A DNA stretch of 25,032 nt from an uncultured archaeon (GCA_964458565.1 CAYWJO010000049.1:1-25032), one strand, 5' to 3'. Counted from the first letter of the stretch, positions 15,840 to 25,032 are shown. Translations and numbers: made by a program. The notes: a model not told the origin generated them from the sequence alone.

Positions 15840-17063
15840 CTATTTCGAGCCTTTTGCACTGACAATCTTAATCACATCACGGTCCTTCAGTTCATGCTTA
15901 TCTGAAATTCTCATATTCGTACGAGCGTCAATAGCATGAATAAAACTCTCCATTAAATCTGTGTGAATGTGACCCGCAAACTCCTTTGCTGTAGTGCCCT
16001 CTGGTACTAGAAAGACATCCGGTAGTATATTACCATCAGTATCTGAAAGACTCGAAACATCATGAACTGGATAGACAGTGATCATGTTAAGAAAATCAAA
16101 TACTGCACTATTGAGTATCTTTTGTACTCCGGTTCCGTTATATCTCTTCAGAATTTGGTCTCTTATTTTGTCGAGTTGCGAAATTTCAGCTTCTTTGAGT
16201 TCGTCTTTCTTCAAAACCTCAAAGTCATCGTCGCCTGGTATGTACTTGATCACACCTTTCCTATCCAAATCTTTCAGAGCGCGTTCAGCCAAGGCGCTTA
16301 CAGGTACAATTAGAGTATCGGGATAATTTTCTTTCAGTCTCTCGTAATTCTCATTCGCACCAGGTCTATCAATTTTATTGGCTGCAATAATAATTGGCTT
16401 TGCAATCCGTTGTAAATCTGATACAAACTGTTTCATTTCTTCTTCCGTCCACTTGTCTGCAGTTTCAGGCTTTAGGTCGGATTTTCTTATTGCTTTCAAG
16501 ATATCTCCACGACTAATCTTGAGACCTGAGAGCTTTTCAAGGAGCAGCTCATCAAGCTTAGCGCCTTCTGATCGAACTCGTCCAGAAATCCTACGCCAGT
16601 CCTTTGATATTATTCCTAACATCCATTGAGTAATCTCCTCCTCAAGGAATCTCACATCTTCCAATGGGTCATATGTTCCAGTACTGACTTCCTGACCCTC
16701 CGCATCCAATGCTCCACTCGCATCAACAATGTGAATCAGAACATCTGCTTGTCGCAAGTCATCCAGAAACTTGTTTCCCATACCTCTCCCTTCATGTGCA
16801 CCGGGAACTAGTCCTGCAACATCAATCAGTTTTACAGGAACCAACCTGATACCATCAATGCAAATAGAGTTCTGTGGGTTATCTTCGACATCAAAATCTC
16901 GACATGCACATTGAGTTCTTACATGAGTAACCCCAACATTGGCATTTATGGTAGTAAATGGATAACTCCCGACCTTGAAATTGGTCATACACGCTGCATT
17001 AGTAAATGAAGTCTTTCCGCAGGATGGTTTTCCTACTATACCAATACTGAAACCGTTTCCCAT
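15840..17063 (-). CDS. ychF: Archaeal YchF/OLA1-family Obg-like NTPase with TGS domain
   Basis: GKPSCGKT, YPFTTI, DVAGLVPGA, NKID and HIHTD...DVIKI (TGS). Confidence 0.92.
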   Translation of the reverse strand: MGNGFSIGIVGKPSCGKTSFTNAACMTNFKVGSYPFTTINANVGVTHVRTQCACRDFDVEDNPQNSICIDGIRLVPVKLIDVAGLVPGAHEGRGMGNKFLDDLRQADVLIHIVDASGALDAEGQEVSTGTYDPLEDVRFLEEEITQWMLGIISKDWRRISGRVRSEGAKLDELLLEKLSGLKISRGDILKAIRKSDLKPETADKWTEEEMKQFVSDLQRIAKPIIIAANKIDRPGANENYERLKENYPDTLIVPVSALAERALKDLDRKGVIKYIPGDDDFEVLKKDELKEAEISQLDKIRDQILKRYNGTGVQKILNSAVFDFLNMITVYPVHDVSSLSDTDGNILPDVFLVPEGTTAKEFAGHIHTDLMESFIHAIDARTNMRISDKHELKDRDVIKIVSAKGSK

Positions 17064-17149
17064 GTTGTTTTACTCCTAGGGTACTCTTTGATGATACTCC
17101 GAGATAAATAAGCCGTTTCTTCAGCAAATTTCGTCATAACATCCTTTTT

Positions 17150-17169
17150 TTATGTGCATAGTTACATAA
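17150..17169. promoter_or_regulatory. Putative operator of the NifX-like operon
   Basis: TTATGTGCATAGTTACATAA, an imperfect palindrome similar to 20036-20055. Confidence 0.55.
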
Positions 17170-17196
17170 TTATGACAACAATCAGGTGATTATCTT

Positions 17197-17613
17197 ATGA
17201 CGCTGGTATGTATCACATCTTCTGGCTATGATTTGGACTCGCCTCACGACCCTAGGTTTGGTCGATGCTCGTATTTCATACTGGTAGATTCCGAATCAAT
17301 GGAATTTGAGGCAATACAAAATGATGCTGTTAATACATCAGGTGGTGCAGGCATACAAGCTGCACAGACAATAGCCTCAAAAAATGTTGAAGTATTGATA
17401 ACTGGTAGTGTGGGTCCAAATGCATATGCTGCACTTGAGAGTTCTGGAATCAAAATGTTTTCAGCTCAAGTGAAAACTGTACTAGATGCAATAAATCTGT
17501 ACAAGCAGAGAAAACTCACTGAAATCTCTATGGCTGGTCCAGCCCACAAAGGAATGGGCCGTGGTGGCGGACTAGGTGGTGGTCGAGGACAAGGGCGTCG
17601 AGGTGGTAGATGA
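17197..17613 (+). CDS. NifB/NifX family (FeMo-co-binding-like) protein with G/R-rich tail
   Basis: RFGRCSYF, GGAGIQAAQ and ITGSVGPNA motifs. Confidence 0.9.
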   Translation: MTLVCITSSGYDLDSPHDPRFGRCSYFILVDSESMEFEAIQNDAVNTSGGAGIQAAQTIASKNVEVLITGSVGPNAYAALESSGIKMFSAQVKTVLDAINLYKQRKLTEISMAGPAHKGMGRGGGLGGGRGQGRRGGR

Positions 17614-17614
17614 T

Positions 17615-17983
17615 ATGATGCGTAGAATACTGATTCCTGTTGATAGTTCTGATGGTAGACAACTCGCACAACACTTTGGAAGAGCACCTTACTTTGCGGT
17701 TTTCGATTTCAATGAAGATGGTACAGTAGCAAAGAGCAATGTTCACCCAAATTCAGGGGAACATTCAGGTGGTAGAGGTCATGCTCATGACAATGTCTTG
17801 AAACTGAATCCTAATGTCGTAATTGTACATGGGATGGGGCCTCGAGGAATTGCGAATTTTCAGAACCATAATATTGCAGTATTAAAAGCCAGTAGTGGTC
17901 AGGTCGATGAAGTGTTAAGTGTGTACCATCAGGGTGGTCTAACAGAGCTGACTGAAGGATGCGCTGACGCTCATCATAAGTAG
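17615..17983 (+). CDS. NifB/NifX family protein
   Basis: HFGRAPYF, GMGPRG and C-terminal C...HH. Start reassigned to ATG 17615. Confidence 0.88.
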   Translation: MMRRILIPVDSSDGRQLAQHFGRAPYFAVFDFNEDGTVAKSNVHPNSGEHSGGRGHAHDNVLKLNPNVVIVHGMGPRGIANFQNHNIAVLKASSGQVDEVLSVYHQGGLTELTEGCADAHHK

Positions 17984-18010
17984 ACCAATATCGACAAGAG
18001 GCACATTATT

Positions 18011-18847
18011 TTGATCGTGGCAATTGCAAGTGGCAAGGGCGGTACTGGAAAGACTACTGTGGCAGTGAATCTCGCACTCTCAATTGATAATGCGACACTT
18101 CTTGATTGCGATGTGGAAGAACCGAACTCTCACCTCCTCCTAAAGATTGACAAGACCGAATCCGAGCCTGTATCACTTCCCACACCTGTTGTAGATCAAG
18201 AAAAATGTACATTATGTGGTGATTGTGGTGCATTTTGCGAATTCAATGCAATATTCGTAGGTAAGAAACGAGTACTCGTCTATGATGAGATATGTCATAG
18301 TTGTGGTGGTTGTAAAATCGTCTGTCCTGAGAATGCAATAAGTGAAGTCGATAGAGAAGTAGGCTCTGTCTTTCATACGAAAGCCGGTAAATTGAAACTG
18401 ATCTATGGTCTCCTGAATATCGGCGAGCCTATTGCTACTTCCATCATCAAATCTGTGAAATCTCATATTGGAACAGACGGGAATTATATAATCGATGCAC
18501 CTCCAGGTACCGCATGTCCCGTTGTCGAAACGGTTCGTGACTCTGATTTTGTGATCCTGGTTTCTGAGCCTACTCCCTTTGGTCTGCATGATCTTTCTAT
18601 GACCGTTGATGTGATGAGAGAACTTGACACACCTTTTGGTATTGTGATCAATCGTGCTGGTATAGGTGATGACAGCATTAAACAATATTGTTTGGAGAAC
18701 AATATTCCTATACTAATGGAGATTCCCTTTGATAGGAAAATAGCAGAACTGTATTCTCAAGGAATTCCATTCACTGAGGAGATGCCTGAATGGCGTGAGA
18801 AGTTTTACGAACTCTATGATTCACTAAAGGAGCGCGTCCACAAATGA
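18011..18847 (+). CDS. MinD-superfamily P-loop ATPase with inserted 2[4Fe-4S] ferredoxin (COG1149)
   Basis: ASGKGGTGKTT, DCDVEEPN, two CxxCxxCxxxC clusters, DAPPGTACP and EPTPFGLHDL. Confidence 0.92.
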   Translation: MIVAIASGKGGTGKTTVAVNLALSIDNATLLDCDVEEPNSHLLLKIDKTESEPVSLPTPVVDQEKCTLCGDCGAFCEFNAIFVGKKRVLVYDEICHSCGGCKIVCPENAISEVDREVGSVFHTKAGKLKLIYGLLNIGEPIATSIIKSVKSHIGTDGNYIIDAPPGTACPVVETVRDSDFVILVSEPTPFGLHDLSMTVDVMRELDTPFGIVINRAGIGDDSIKQYCLENNIPILMEIPFDRKIAELYSQGIPFTEEMPEWREKFYELYDSLKERVHK

Positions 18848-19710
18848 TCTCACAGATTGGAATCGTCAGCGGTAAAGGTGGTACCGGAAAATCAACTATC
18901 GCAGGTTCATTTGTTGCAATTGCTGGTGACTTAATCATTGCAGACTGTGACGTCGATGCACCAGATATGCACATTCTTCTCCAACCAGAAATCAAAACCA
19001 CACAAGACTATCAGGGCTCAAAATTGGCGGTAATCGACACAGACCTTTGTACTGAGTGTGGAATCTGTGAAGAAAACTGTCGCTTTGATGCTGCACACCC
19101 TCCAAAAATAGATTCTATCGCATGTGAGGGCTGTGCTGTTTGTGCGTATGTTTGCCCTGAAGATGCTATTCAAATGATAGACAATGTTTCAGGTCAACTC
19201 TTTAGTTCCATGACACGATTCGGCCCAATGGCTCATGCTAAATTGAACGCCGGAGAGGGTAACTCAGGGAAAATGGTCACAGAGGTCAGAAAACTTGCGG
19301 AAAAACTCGCAGAAGAAAACAATAAGCAGTATCTCTTGATTGACGGTTCACCAGGTATCGGCTGTCCTGTTATTTCCACTGTGACAGGATTGGCACTTGC
19401 CATTATCGTTACAGAACCCACCCCTGCAGGTATCCATGATATGAAACGAGTTCTTGATCTACTTGACAGGTTCAATGTCCGAAGTACCGTAATAATCAAC
19501 AAGTACGACCTTAATGTGGAAAACACAGAATCCATAGAAGGTATATGCAAGGATAGAGGTGCGGAAGTTCTCGGTAGAATCCCCTTCGATTCAATTACCA
19601 CAAAATCGATGGTGGCTACCCAGACGCTACCTGAATTTGCACCTGAGCATGATATAACAAAAAGTCTAAGGAAAATGTGGAATCGCGTTCTAGAGATTCT
19701 TGATCAATGA
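18844..19710 (+). CDS. MinD-superfamily P-loop ATPase with inserted ferredoxin (COG1149), paralog
   Basis: SGKGGTGKS, DCDVDAPD, two Fe-S motifs and DGSPGIGCPVI; ATGA overlap with the upstream gene. Confidence 0.92.
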   Translation: MISQIGIVSGKGGTGKSTIAGSFVAIAGDLIIADCDVDAPDMHILLQPEIKTTQDYQGSKLAVIDTDLCTECGICEENCRFDAAHPPKIDSIACEGCAVCAYVCPEDAIQMIDNVSGQLFSSMTRFGPMAHAKLNAGEGNSGKMVTEVRKLAEKLAEENNKQYLLIDGSPGIGCPVISTVTGLALAIIVTEPTPAGIHDMKRVLDLLDRFNVRSTVIINKYDLNVENTESIEGICKDRGAEVLGRIPFDSITTKSMVATQTLPEFAPEHDITKSLRKMWNRVLEILDQ

Positions 19711-19727
19711 ATGCGCATGAACATCCA

Positions 19728-20015
19728 CTATTCATCCTGTTCAATACTTCTCAATCGATCCTCGATTTGTTTGAGGTGTTCTTGAATCATATTGAGTTGA
19801 TTCTCTAAAACTTCTTTTTGCTGTTGAAGCACATCAACATTGGCGGCAGGAAGATTCACATTTGTAGGTGGAGGTATTGTTCGATATCCCATATACCAGC
19901 AACTACCTGGTCCATATAACCAACCAGGTCTCTCCCATGGTGGTAAATCTCGAAATGGGCCGTTTCCTGGCCATCGTCCTCTTCCGCGGCTGCCTCGTCC
20001 GTAACCGTATCCCAT
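19728..20015 (-). CDS. DUF5320-like protein (G/R-rich N-terminus, coiled-coil C-terminus)
   Basis: GRGRWPGNGPF..LPPWERPGW and LQQQKEVLENQL...IEDRL; context in the NifX/DUF134 cluster. Confidence 0.7.
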   Translation of the reverse strand: MGYGYGRGSRGRGRWPGNGPFRDLPPWERPGWLYGPGSCWYMGYRTIPPPTNVNLPAANVDVLQQQKEVLENQLNMIQEHLKQIEDRLRSIEQDE

Positions 20016-20035
20016 ACTTTTCACGTTCTACTTAA

Positions 20036-20055
20036 TTTTGTGCTTAAGCACACAA
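20036..20055. promoter_or_regulatory. Putative DUF134-regulon operator
   Basis: TTTTGTGCTTAAGCACACAA with a perfect 14-bp core TGTGCTTAAGCACA, between divergent genes. Confidence 0.55.
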
Positions 20056-20151
20056 TTATTATTAGCTTATGAACAAATATAAGCATGTCGGAAACACGAC
20101 CGAAAGAGATAGTATCTTATGTAAGTGGTTACCATTTGTAATTGAACCACG

Positions 20152-20451
20152 ATGCATCGTAGAAGAAGAGGCAGAAGAGGCAGAAGGCCAATACAACCCG
20201 ATATAGCAAGACGTCCTGCCATCGAACGCTTTGACCCTTATCCACCATCGAAGAATGATCCTATATTCATCGATCTGGCCGAAGCTGAAGTGCTACGTCT
20301 TGTTGATCTAGATGGATTGTATCAAGAAGAAGCTGGTTTCAGTATGGGTGTATCTCGTGGTACTATCTGGCGTTTACTAGCATCTGCAAGAGAAAAAGTT
20401 ACAAGAGCAATATTCGAAGGACGTCCTCTTGTCATTGGCCATCCAGAATAG
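20152..20451 (+). CDS. DUF134 family DNA-binding protein
   Basis: EAEVLRLVDLDGLYQEEAGFSMGVSRGTIWRLLASAREKV. Confidence 0.92.
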   Translation: MHRRRRGRRGRRPIQPDIARRPAIERFDPYPPSKNDPIFIDLAEAEVLRLVDLDGLYQEEAGFSMGVSRGTIWRLLASAREKVTRAIFEGRPLVIGHPE

Positions 20452-20637
20452 CATATGGCCAAATGTTAAGATGTGCTAATTTCCGATGTGACATATATTT
20501 TTTGACCGTTTGTTAAGAACTGCCAATTGTCAACGTTACGTATAGAAACAAGCTCGACCCAACTGCATCATTTCCGAGTCTCTCCCACTTGAACTTCCTG
20601 TTAGAATGAGTTTCTGAGCATTCTCTGGACAACATTT

Positions 20638-21129
20638 ATGTGCTACACCCGCTTATATGGAGATTTTCAGCTTCATTCTGTGGAGAAGATGCGTATGCCC
20701 CCTGATTTCCCACTTGGAATGGAAATGGTTGGTGACTCGATTCTAGTTAGACGACCAGCTCTACCTCGATGGTGGGATCCGGTCGCACGTCCACATGTCG
20801 CAATTGTCTTCGAGGATCCTAATACACAGACAGTGATTCGATATTATCTTTCAGTGAAGGGTACCACCTCGATTAATGGAAGGATAGGACTCGATATTGC
20901 TGAACTAGATGAGATTGCATCGACGCTCACAGACGGTACAATTCTCGAAGTACGTTTCAGCGCGACCAAAGCTAACCTCTACAAACTGAAGTTGATTGAT
21001 GGCATTCCCTGTTGGAGATGGGTCGGTCGTTGTAGGGGGCTCTGCGATTTCGAATATCCTTCTACAATAGATTGGAATTGCGTGCTAAGCGAACATGCAC
21101 TGGCTTCCCCTAATGGGATTATAGCATGA
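20638..21129 (+). CDS. Hypothetical protein (start uncertain)
   Basis: 163-codon ORF with globular composition; no family recognised. Confidence 0.55.
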   Translation: MCYTRLYGDFQLHSVEKMRMPPDFPLGMEMVGDSILVRRPALPRWWDPVARPHVAIVFEDPNTQTVIRYYLSVKGTTSINGRIGLDIAELDEIASTLTDGTILEVRFSATKANLYKLKLIDGIPCWRWVGRCRGLCDFEYPSTIDWNCVLSEHALASPNGIIA

Positions 21130-21373
21130 ACTTGGGAATGAGTCACTTTTTACAGCTTAGCAGAACCCAGAATATTACTTTTCAGACATCAAAAGGATAC
21201 ATTCCAACGCCGCGGATGGTGCCCCATTTACTATCTGGGATTAGTGCCGTTTGATTCCCGGTGATGAGAATGATATTGAAGAATGCCAAGAAGATGGTAT
21301 GGCGTGTGCATTGCTTAGTTGTATATTCCGAATAGACGGAACCATATCAATAGATAAGGATAGCAATAGTTAT

Positions 21374-21409
21374 ATGTAAAGTATACTTTACGTAAAGTAT
21401 ACTTTACAT
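21374..21409. promoter_or_regulatory. 36-bp perfect palindrome made of two tandem 16-bp palindromic operators
   Basis: AT-GTAAAGTATACTTTAC-GTAAAGTATACTTTAC-AT, 11 bp before the XRE start codon. Confidence 0.8.
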
Positions 21410-21420
21410 GTGTGATGTGA

Positions 21421-21657
21421 ATGATTGTCAACAGACTGAAAGAAATTCGTGAACAAAAAATGTCGGAATCAACTAGTTCTGAACTATGGACACAGGAAGG
21501 TCTTGCAAAGCGTCTGGGTGTCACCAGACAGACTCTAATTTCAATGGAGAAGGGAAAATACAACCCTTCTCTCGAATTAGCATTCAAGATTGCACATGTA
21601 TTTGACTTGACTATAGAGGAGATTTTCGAGTATAGGAGTAGTAATCATGAAGGATAA
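21421..21657 (+). CDS. XRE/Cro-C1 HTH transcriptional regulator
   Basis: TQEGLAKRLGVTRQTLISMEKGKYNPSLELAFKIA. Confidence 0.93.
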   Translation: MIVNRLKEIREQKMSESTSSELWTQEGLAKRLGVTRQTLISMEKGKYNPSLELAFKIAHVFDLTIEEIFEYRSSNHEG

Positions 21658-22024
21658 AATCATGGTTGGAGCCGTGTTTGCCCTAACATTTGTGATTGTG
21701 ACACTTGTAATGTGGTTCTTGTTTCCGGGTATAAGCGGAGACCAATCAATAGCTGGTCTATCTGGTGCCTTTGGAGGTGCAATTGGGGGTATTATGGGAA
21801 CGATGTATCTCAGTAAATTCAGAGATGAACGATTTACTAAGATTGAGAATCGATCTGCACATAATGCATTCATATTTCTCTTAATCGTGCTTCCTATTAG
21901 CAGTGTAGTAATTGGTGTATCAGAAAATTCTACGATACAGTTTGCGATGATTATTGTTCTTGGTACATGGTTGTTTTCACTAGCGATATTTGGAATATCA
22001 CTAGTTTACTATTATAGAAGATAG
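21647..22024 (+). CDS. DUF2178-like membrane protein
   Basis: Four TM helices, RDERF..I..RSA motif, YYYRR end. Confidence 0.75.
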   Translation: MKDKIMVGAVFALTFVIVTLVMWFLFPGISGDQSIAGLSGAFGGAIGGIMGTMYLSKFRDERFTKIENRSAHNAFIFLLIVLPISSVVIGVSENSTIQFAMIIVLGTWLFSLAIFGISLVYYYRR

Positions 22025-22036
22025 AGATGATATAGG

Positions 22037-22426
22037 ATGACTAAAGAAGTATCGAATAAATCGCTCATCATTCTGTTGATTGTTTTTACTATTTCATGGA
22101 TTCTAAGCATGAGTATTATGAGCCTACTCAGTCCAAGTTCACCTATACCTTTCTCGCCAATATCAATCCTAACAGGTGTTGTATTCGTTAGTGTCTATAT
22201 GGGTTTCATGATCTATCGGTTGAGAATTCGAGATGAGCGCGCAATCCAGATATCTGACAGATCTGCTAGAAACGGGTTCGGATTTGTCTTGTATGGTATT
22301 CCTATACTCATCATATTTCTGTCTGTGACCGGTGCTGTTCCTGAAACGCTTCTGGTTCTATTGCTTATCTGGTTTGGAACTGTGATTATAGCAGGATTGT
22401 CAGCATTCTACTACTATTGGAAATAA
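22037..22426 (+). CDS. DUF2178-like membrane protein (tandem paralog)
   Basis: Four TM helices, RDERA..I..RSA motif, YYYWK end. Confidence 0.75.
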   Translation: MTKEVSNKSLIILLIVFTISWILSMSIMSLLSPSSPIPFSPISILTGVVFVSVYMGFMIYRLRIRDERAIQISDRSARNGFGFVLYGIPILIIFLSVTGAVPETLLVLLLIWFGTVIIAGLSAFYYYWK

Positions 22427-22723
22427 TAGAAATTGTTGCTTAGTCTGTTTCATCTTGAAATCTTGTCAAAATATAGCGGGTTGGGGAGAGAAGTATATTG
22501 TTTACATATTCTTCCTGCATAGAAAAAATAGACACTTTTCAAGAAGAAGATGATAGCGGGTGTAGGATCTCCAAGCCCTTGGATGGAAATCATCCGAGCA
22601 GAACCTACTATCACTCTATTAAGACGACGAGGTATCATTCTTCGTCAACAGGTAGTTACTTCCATCCATTGGAGCAATAAGTTATATGGTTCATCAATAC
22701 TTACTCGTTCGGATATGTGTATA

Positions 22724-22870
22724 ATGACAGGATGCAAATGTGAGAAAGAAGAACATCATAAAGAGATGAATAGAGCTGAACAAATAGCCCATCTTGAGAG
22801 TTGTATGGCTGAAATCATTCATCGATTGGAATGCATCAAGGATGAACTGAGTGGGCTGAGGACTCACTAA
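22724..22870 (+). CDS. Small Cys/His-containing coiled-coil protein
   Basis: MTGCKCEKEEHH...EQIAHLESCMAEIIHRLECIKDEL, the 3' part of ORF 22550-22870, directly upstream of the ABC genes. Confidence 0.45.
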   Translation: MTGCKCEKEEHHKEMNRAEQIAHLESCMAEIIHRLECIKDELSGLRTH

Positions 22871-22899
22871 TGACACTCTTCGGTGAGGTTTGACTTAAG

Positions 22900-23835
22900 T
22901 TGGTCCTAGTTGCTATTGTTCAAGACCTCGTGAAGAAATATGACGATATCTGTGCAGTTGATGGAATCAGTCTCTCTATTCAACGCGGAGAGATATTCGG
23001 TCTCCTAGGACCAAACGGAGCAGGCAAGACAACAACAGTGCGCATGCTCACCGGAGTAATCTCACCTACATCAGGATCCATCTCAGTCCTGGGTCTTGAG
23101 ATGCCAAGACAAGCAAACGAAATCAGATATAATATAGGAGTTCTTCCTGAAACGGCGAATGTCTATGTCGATCTAACCGGACAACAGAACATGAACCTGT
23201 TCGGAAACCTCTATGGTCTGAAAAAAGATATTGTGGTGAAGAGATCCACGCATCTTCTCAAGAAAATGAATATCTATGAGGCAAAAGATAGAGAAGCGAA
23301 GACCTATTCTAAGGGAATGAAACAGCGACTGAGCCTTGCAATGACGCTCATGACCGATGGGGAAGTCCTCTTCCTTGATGAACCAACATCAGGTCTCGAT
23401 GTGGAGAGTTCACAAGAGATTCGAAGAGTCATCTCTGAGATGGCTGCTGAAGGACGTACAATAATCCTGACTACCCACAATATGCAAGAAGCCCAAGACC
23501 TTTGCTCACGAGTAGCTGTAATAAACAAAGGAAAAATCGCTGCAATTGACACGCCGATGAACCTGAGAAGAACTTTTGAGAAACGACAGAGTGTTGTCGT
23601 GAATCTTTCAGAACCTATTCCCCGTGAAAGTATACAGGCATTGTCCAATGTTGAAGACGTGCATATTAGTGGTTTGACAATTCGATGCTACTCACCAGAC
23701 CCTGGAAGTGTGTTGATGGGACTAGTAGAGCTGGCTAAGAGCCAAGGAATTAAGGTCCTCTCTGCATGTACAGAGTCTGCTGATCTCGAGAGTGTCTTCC
23801 TTGAGCTAATCCGACTGAGGAGGGAATCAGCCTGA
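22900..23835 (+). CDS. ABC-2 type exporter ATP-binding subunit
   Basis: GPNGAGKTT, YSKGMKQR, LFLDEPTSGLD and TTH switch. Confidence 0.95.
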   Translation: MVLVAIVQDLVKKYDDICAVDGISLSIQRGEIFGLLGPNGAGKTTTVRMLTGVISPTSGSISVLGLEMPRQANEIRYNIGVLPETANVYVDLTGQQNMNLFGNLYGLKKDIVVKRSTHLLKKMNIYEAKDREAKTYSKGMKQRLSLAMTLMTDGEVLFLDEPTSGLDVESSQEIRRVISEMAAEGRTIILTTHNMQEAQDLCSRVAVINKGKIAAIDTPMNLRRTFEKRQSVVVNLSEPIPRESIQALSNVEDVHISGLTIRCYSPDPGSVLMGLVELAKSQGIKVLSACTESADLESVFLELIRLRRESA

Positions 23836-23837
23836 GT

Positions 23838-24584
23838 ATGTTTCCTAAGCTCTGGTTCCGTCAGATATTTACCATAGCTCTGAAAGACATGAGAGTCTAC
23901 TATACAAAGGGACCTACACTGATTTTTGGCCTCCTTTTCCCATTCTTCTTCTTTCTCTCTTTCATTGTAGGAAGGAGTATGGACCCAACGTCATTAATAC
24001 CTGGTCTTATTGCCATGGTTGTCTTCTTCTCTGCAACAGCTGTTGGACCTATAATCTTCCCCACTGAAACTAGAGCTTATACTCTGGAGAGGCTAATTTC
24101 CATGCCTGTACCTCTCTGGTGTATTCTTATGGGTGACAGCCTTGCATCAGCGACATTCTGTTTCATCTCGAGCTTTGTCCCACTTGTCCTTGCATTCGCA
24201 CTTATAGAATTGAGCTTCATTCAAGTGGGACTAACAATCGTAGGCATTATTATAGGGGGTATTTGCTTTGCATTCTTTGGGCAACTGATGTCAGCACCTC
24301 CTGTAGATCAGACATCTACTATCATGATGATTACGACCATGGTGAAATTTCCTCTCATCTTCATCAGCGGCATCTTCATTCCCTTGGCAGCATTGCCTGA
24401 GATAGTCCGTTTTATCGCACTTCTATCGCCGTTGACTTACGTTACGGACTTATTCTGGGCATCGGTGGCTGGTGCCTCTGTGTTTCATCCCTTCGTCAAT
24501 ATAGCAGCAATTGTAGGATGGACGGTGCTTCTTGTGGTGGTGTCATTCTTGGCACATAAGAAGACTTTGGAAAAAAGACTGTGA
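23838..24584 (+). CDS. ABC-2 type exporter permease
   Basis: Six TM helices, ETRAYTLERL, FISGIFIP and SPLTY. Confidence 0.92.
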   Translation: MFPKLWFRQIFTIALKDMRVYYTKGPTLIFGLLFPFFFFLSFIVGRSMDPTSLIPGLIAMVVFFSATAVGPIIFPTETRAYTLERLISMPVPLWCILMGDSLASATFCFISSFVPLVLAFALIELSFIQVGLTIVGIIIGGICFAFFGQLMSAPPVDQTSTIMMITTMVKFPLIFISGIFIPLAALPEIVRFIALLSPLTYVTDLFWASVAGASVFHPFVNIAAIVGWTVLLVVVSFLAHKKTLEKRL

Positions 24585-24657
24585 TATCGAAAACTCCTCT
24601 GGTTCTCTGACTGTTGCGTATATTAAAGAGGAGAGTTTCAATGTTTCCAAGCTCAAA

Positions 24658-24976
24658 TTTCAGCTTCTCAAGCTCTAGGTCAAGATGGTGTAATTCACAC
24701 CACCGACGAAGAACTACCATCTCATATTGAAGGTCGCAGGAGCCAAAACCTGAGCTCTCTCAGTCACAATTCTCTCTAGGTCAAGGAAATCAACACTGTC
24801 CAATCGGATGCATACTTCCTGAATAGGACATCGAGTACCTGTCCATATCTATCGAGAGTCTTTAGACTCATTACCCTCTTAGAACGGTGTTTGCAGATGC
24901 TCTTGAACGCCTGCATGAACTCTTGAGGAGATGTGTTTGATGTCAGAGAGTTGCTGCGGCCTTTCATACCGCGCAC
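24658..24976 (-). pseudogene. Frameshifted remnant of a tyrosine recombinase N-terminal (core-binding/SAM-like) domain
   Basis: Joining three frames gives SLKTLDRYGQVLDVLFRKYASDWTVLIS/DLERIVTERAQVLAPATFN/EMVVLRRW, matching the XerC/D pattern S..T...Y...L..F...LAPAT.N...LR. Confidence 0.55.
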
Positions 24977-25032
24977 CCTCCTAACGGGATTTCACTAAAA
25001 TCATTCTGTTTATTCTCAAGTACCTGTATCGC

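Noticed and set aside
17197-17983. Nitrogen fixation cluster
   Set aside because: Only NifB/NifX-family small proteins are present; no nifH, nifD or nifK.
21130-21370. Possible pseudogene fragment in the long intergenic gap
   Set aside because: The plus-strand frames are interrupted by stops and no family could be recognised.

Overview
Archaeal chromosomal window, shown by eL15, Pop5, Rpp30, COG1325 and an archaeal YchF. The overall protein style suggests an Asgard, possibly Thorarchaeia-like, host, which is inference. The window has four parts. (1) 230-2140: a solo TnpB/Cas12f-like nuclease gene with a rearranged RuvC-II site (Gly at the usual Glu position, Glu in ExxTS). Its ~150-aa C-terminal tail overlaps a large, highly structured putative omegaRNA, and the two ends of the element are complementary to each other. 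(2) 2811-8400: an orphan mvhD followed by accessory gene cassettes separated by diverged copies of the mvhD 3' end. The cargo includes a prenyltransferase-repeat surface protein, DUF1684, a SatD cyclase-like/HTH plus membrane protein pair with a 3 x 29-bp operator array, and a GNAT. (3) 8500-17100: housekeeping genes (FTR1, HD hydrolase, Lrp, JAMM, the rpl15e-COG1325-rnp3-rnp2 operon with an eL15-type RNA leader, a SerA-like dehydrogenase, flavin reductase, YchF). (4) 17200-25032: a NifX-like/MinD-ferredoxin/DUF5320/DUF134 cluster with a shared palindrome, an XRE plus two DUF2178-like genes with a 36-bp perfect palindrome, an ABC-2 exporter, and a frameshifted tyrosine-recombinase remnant. All calls come from reading the sequence; no database searches were run.
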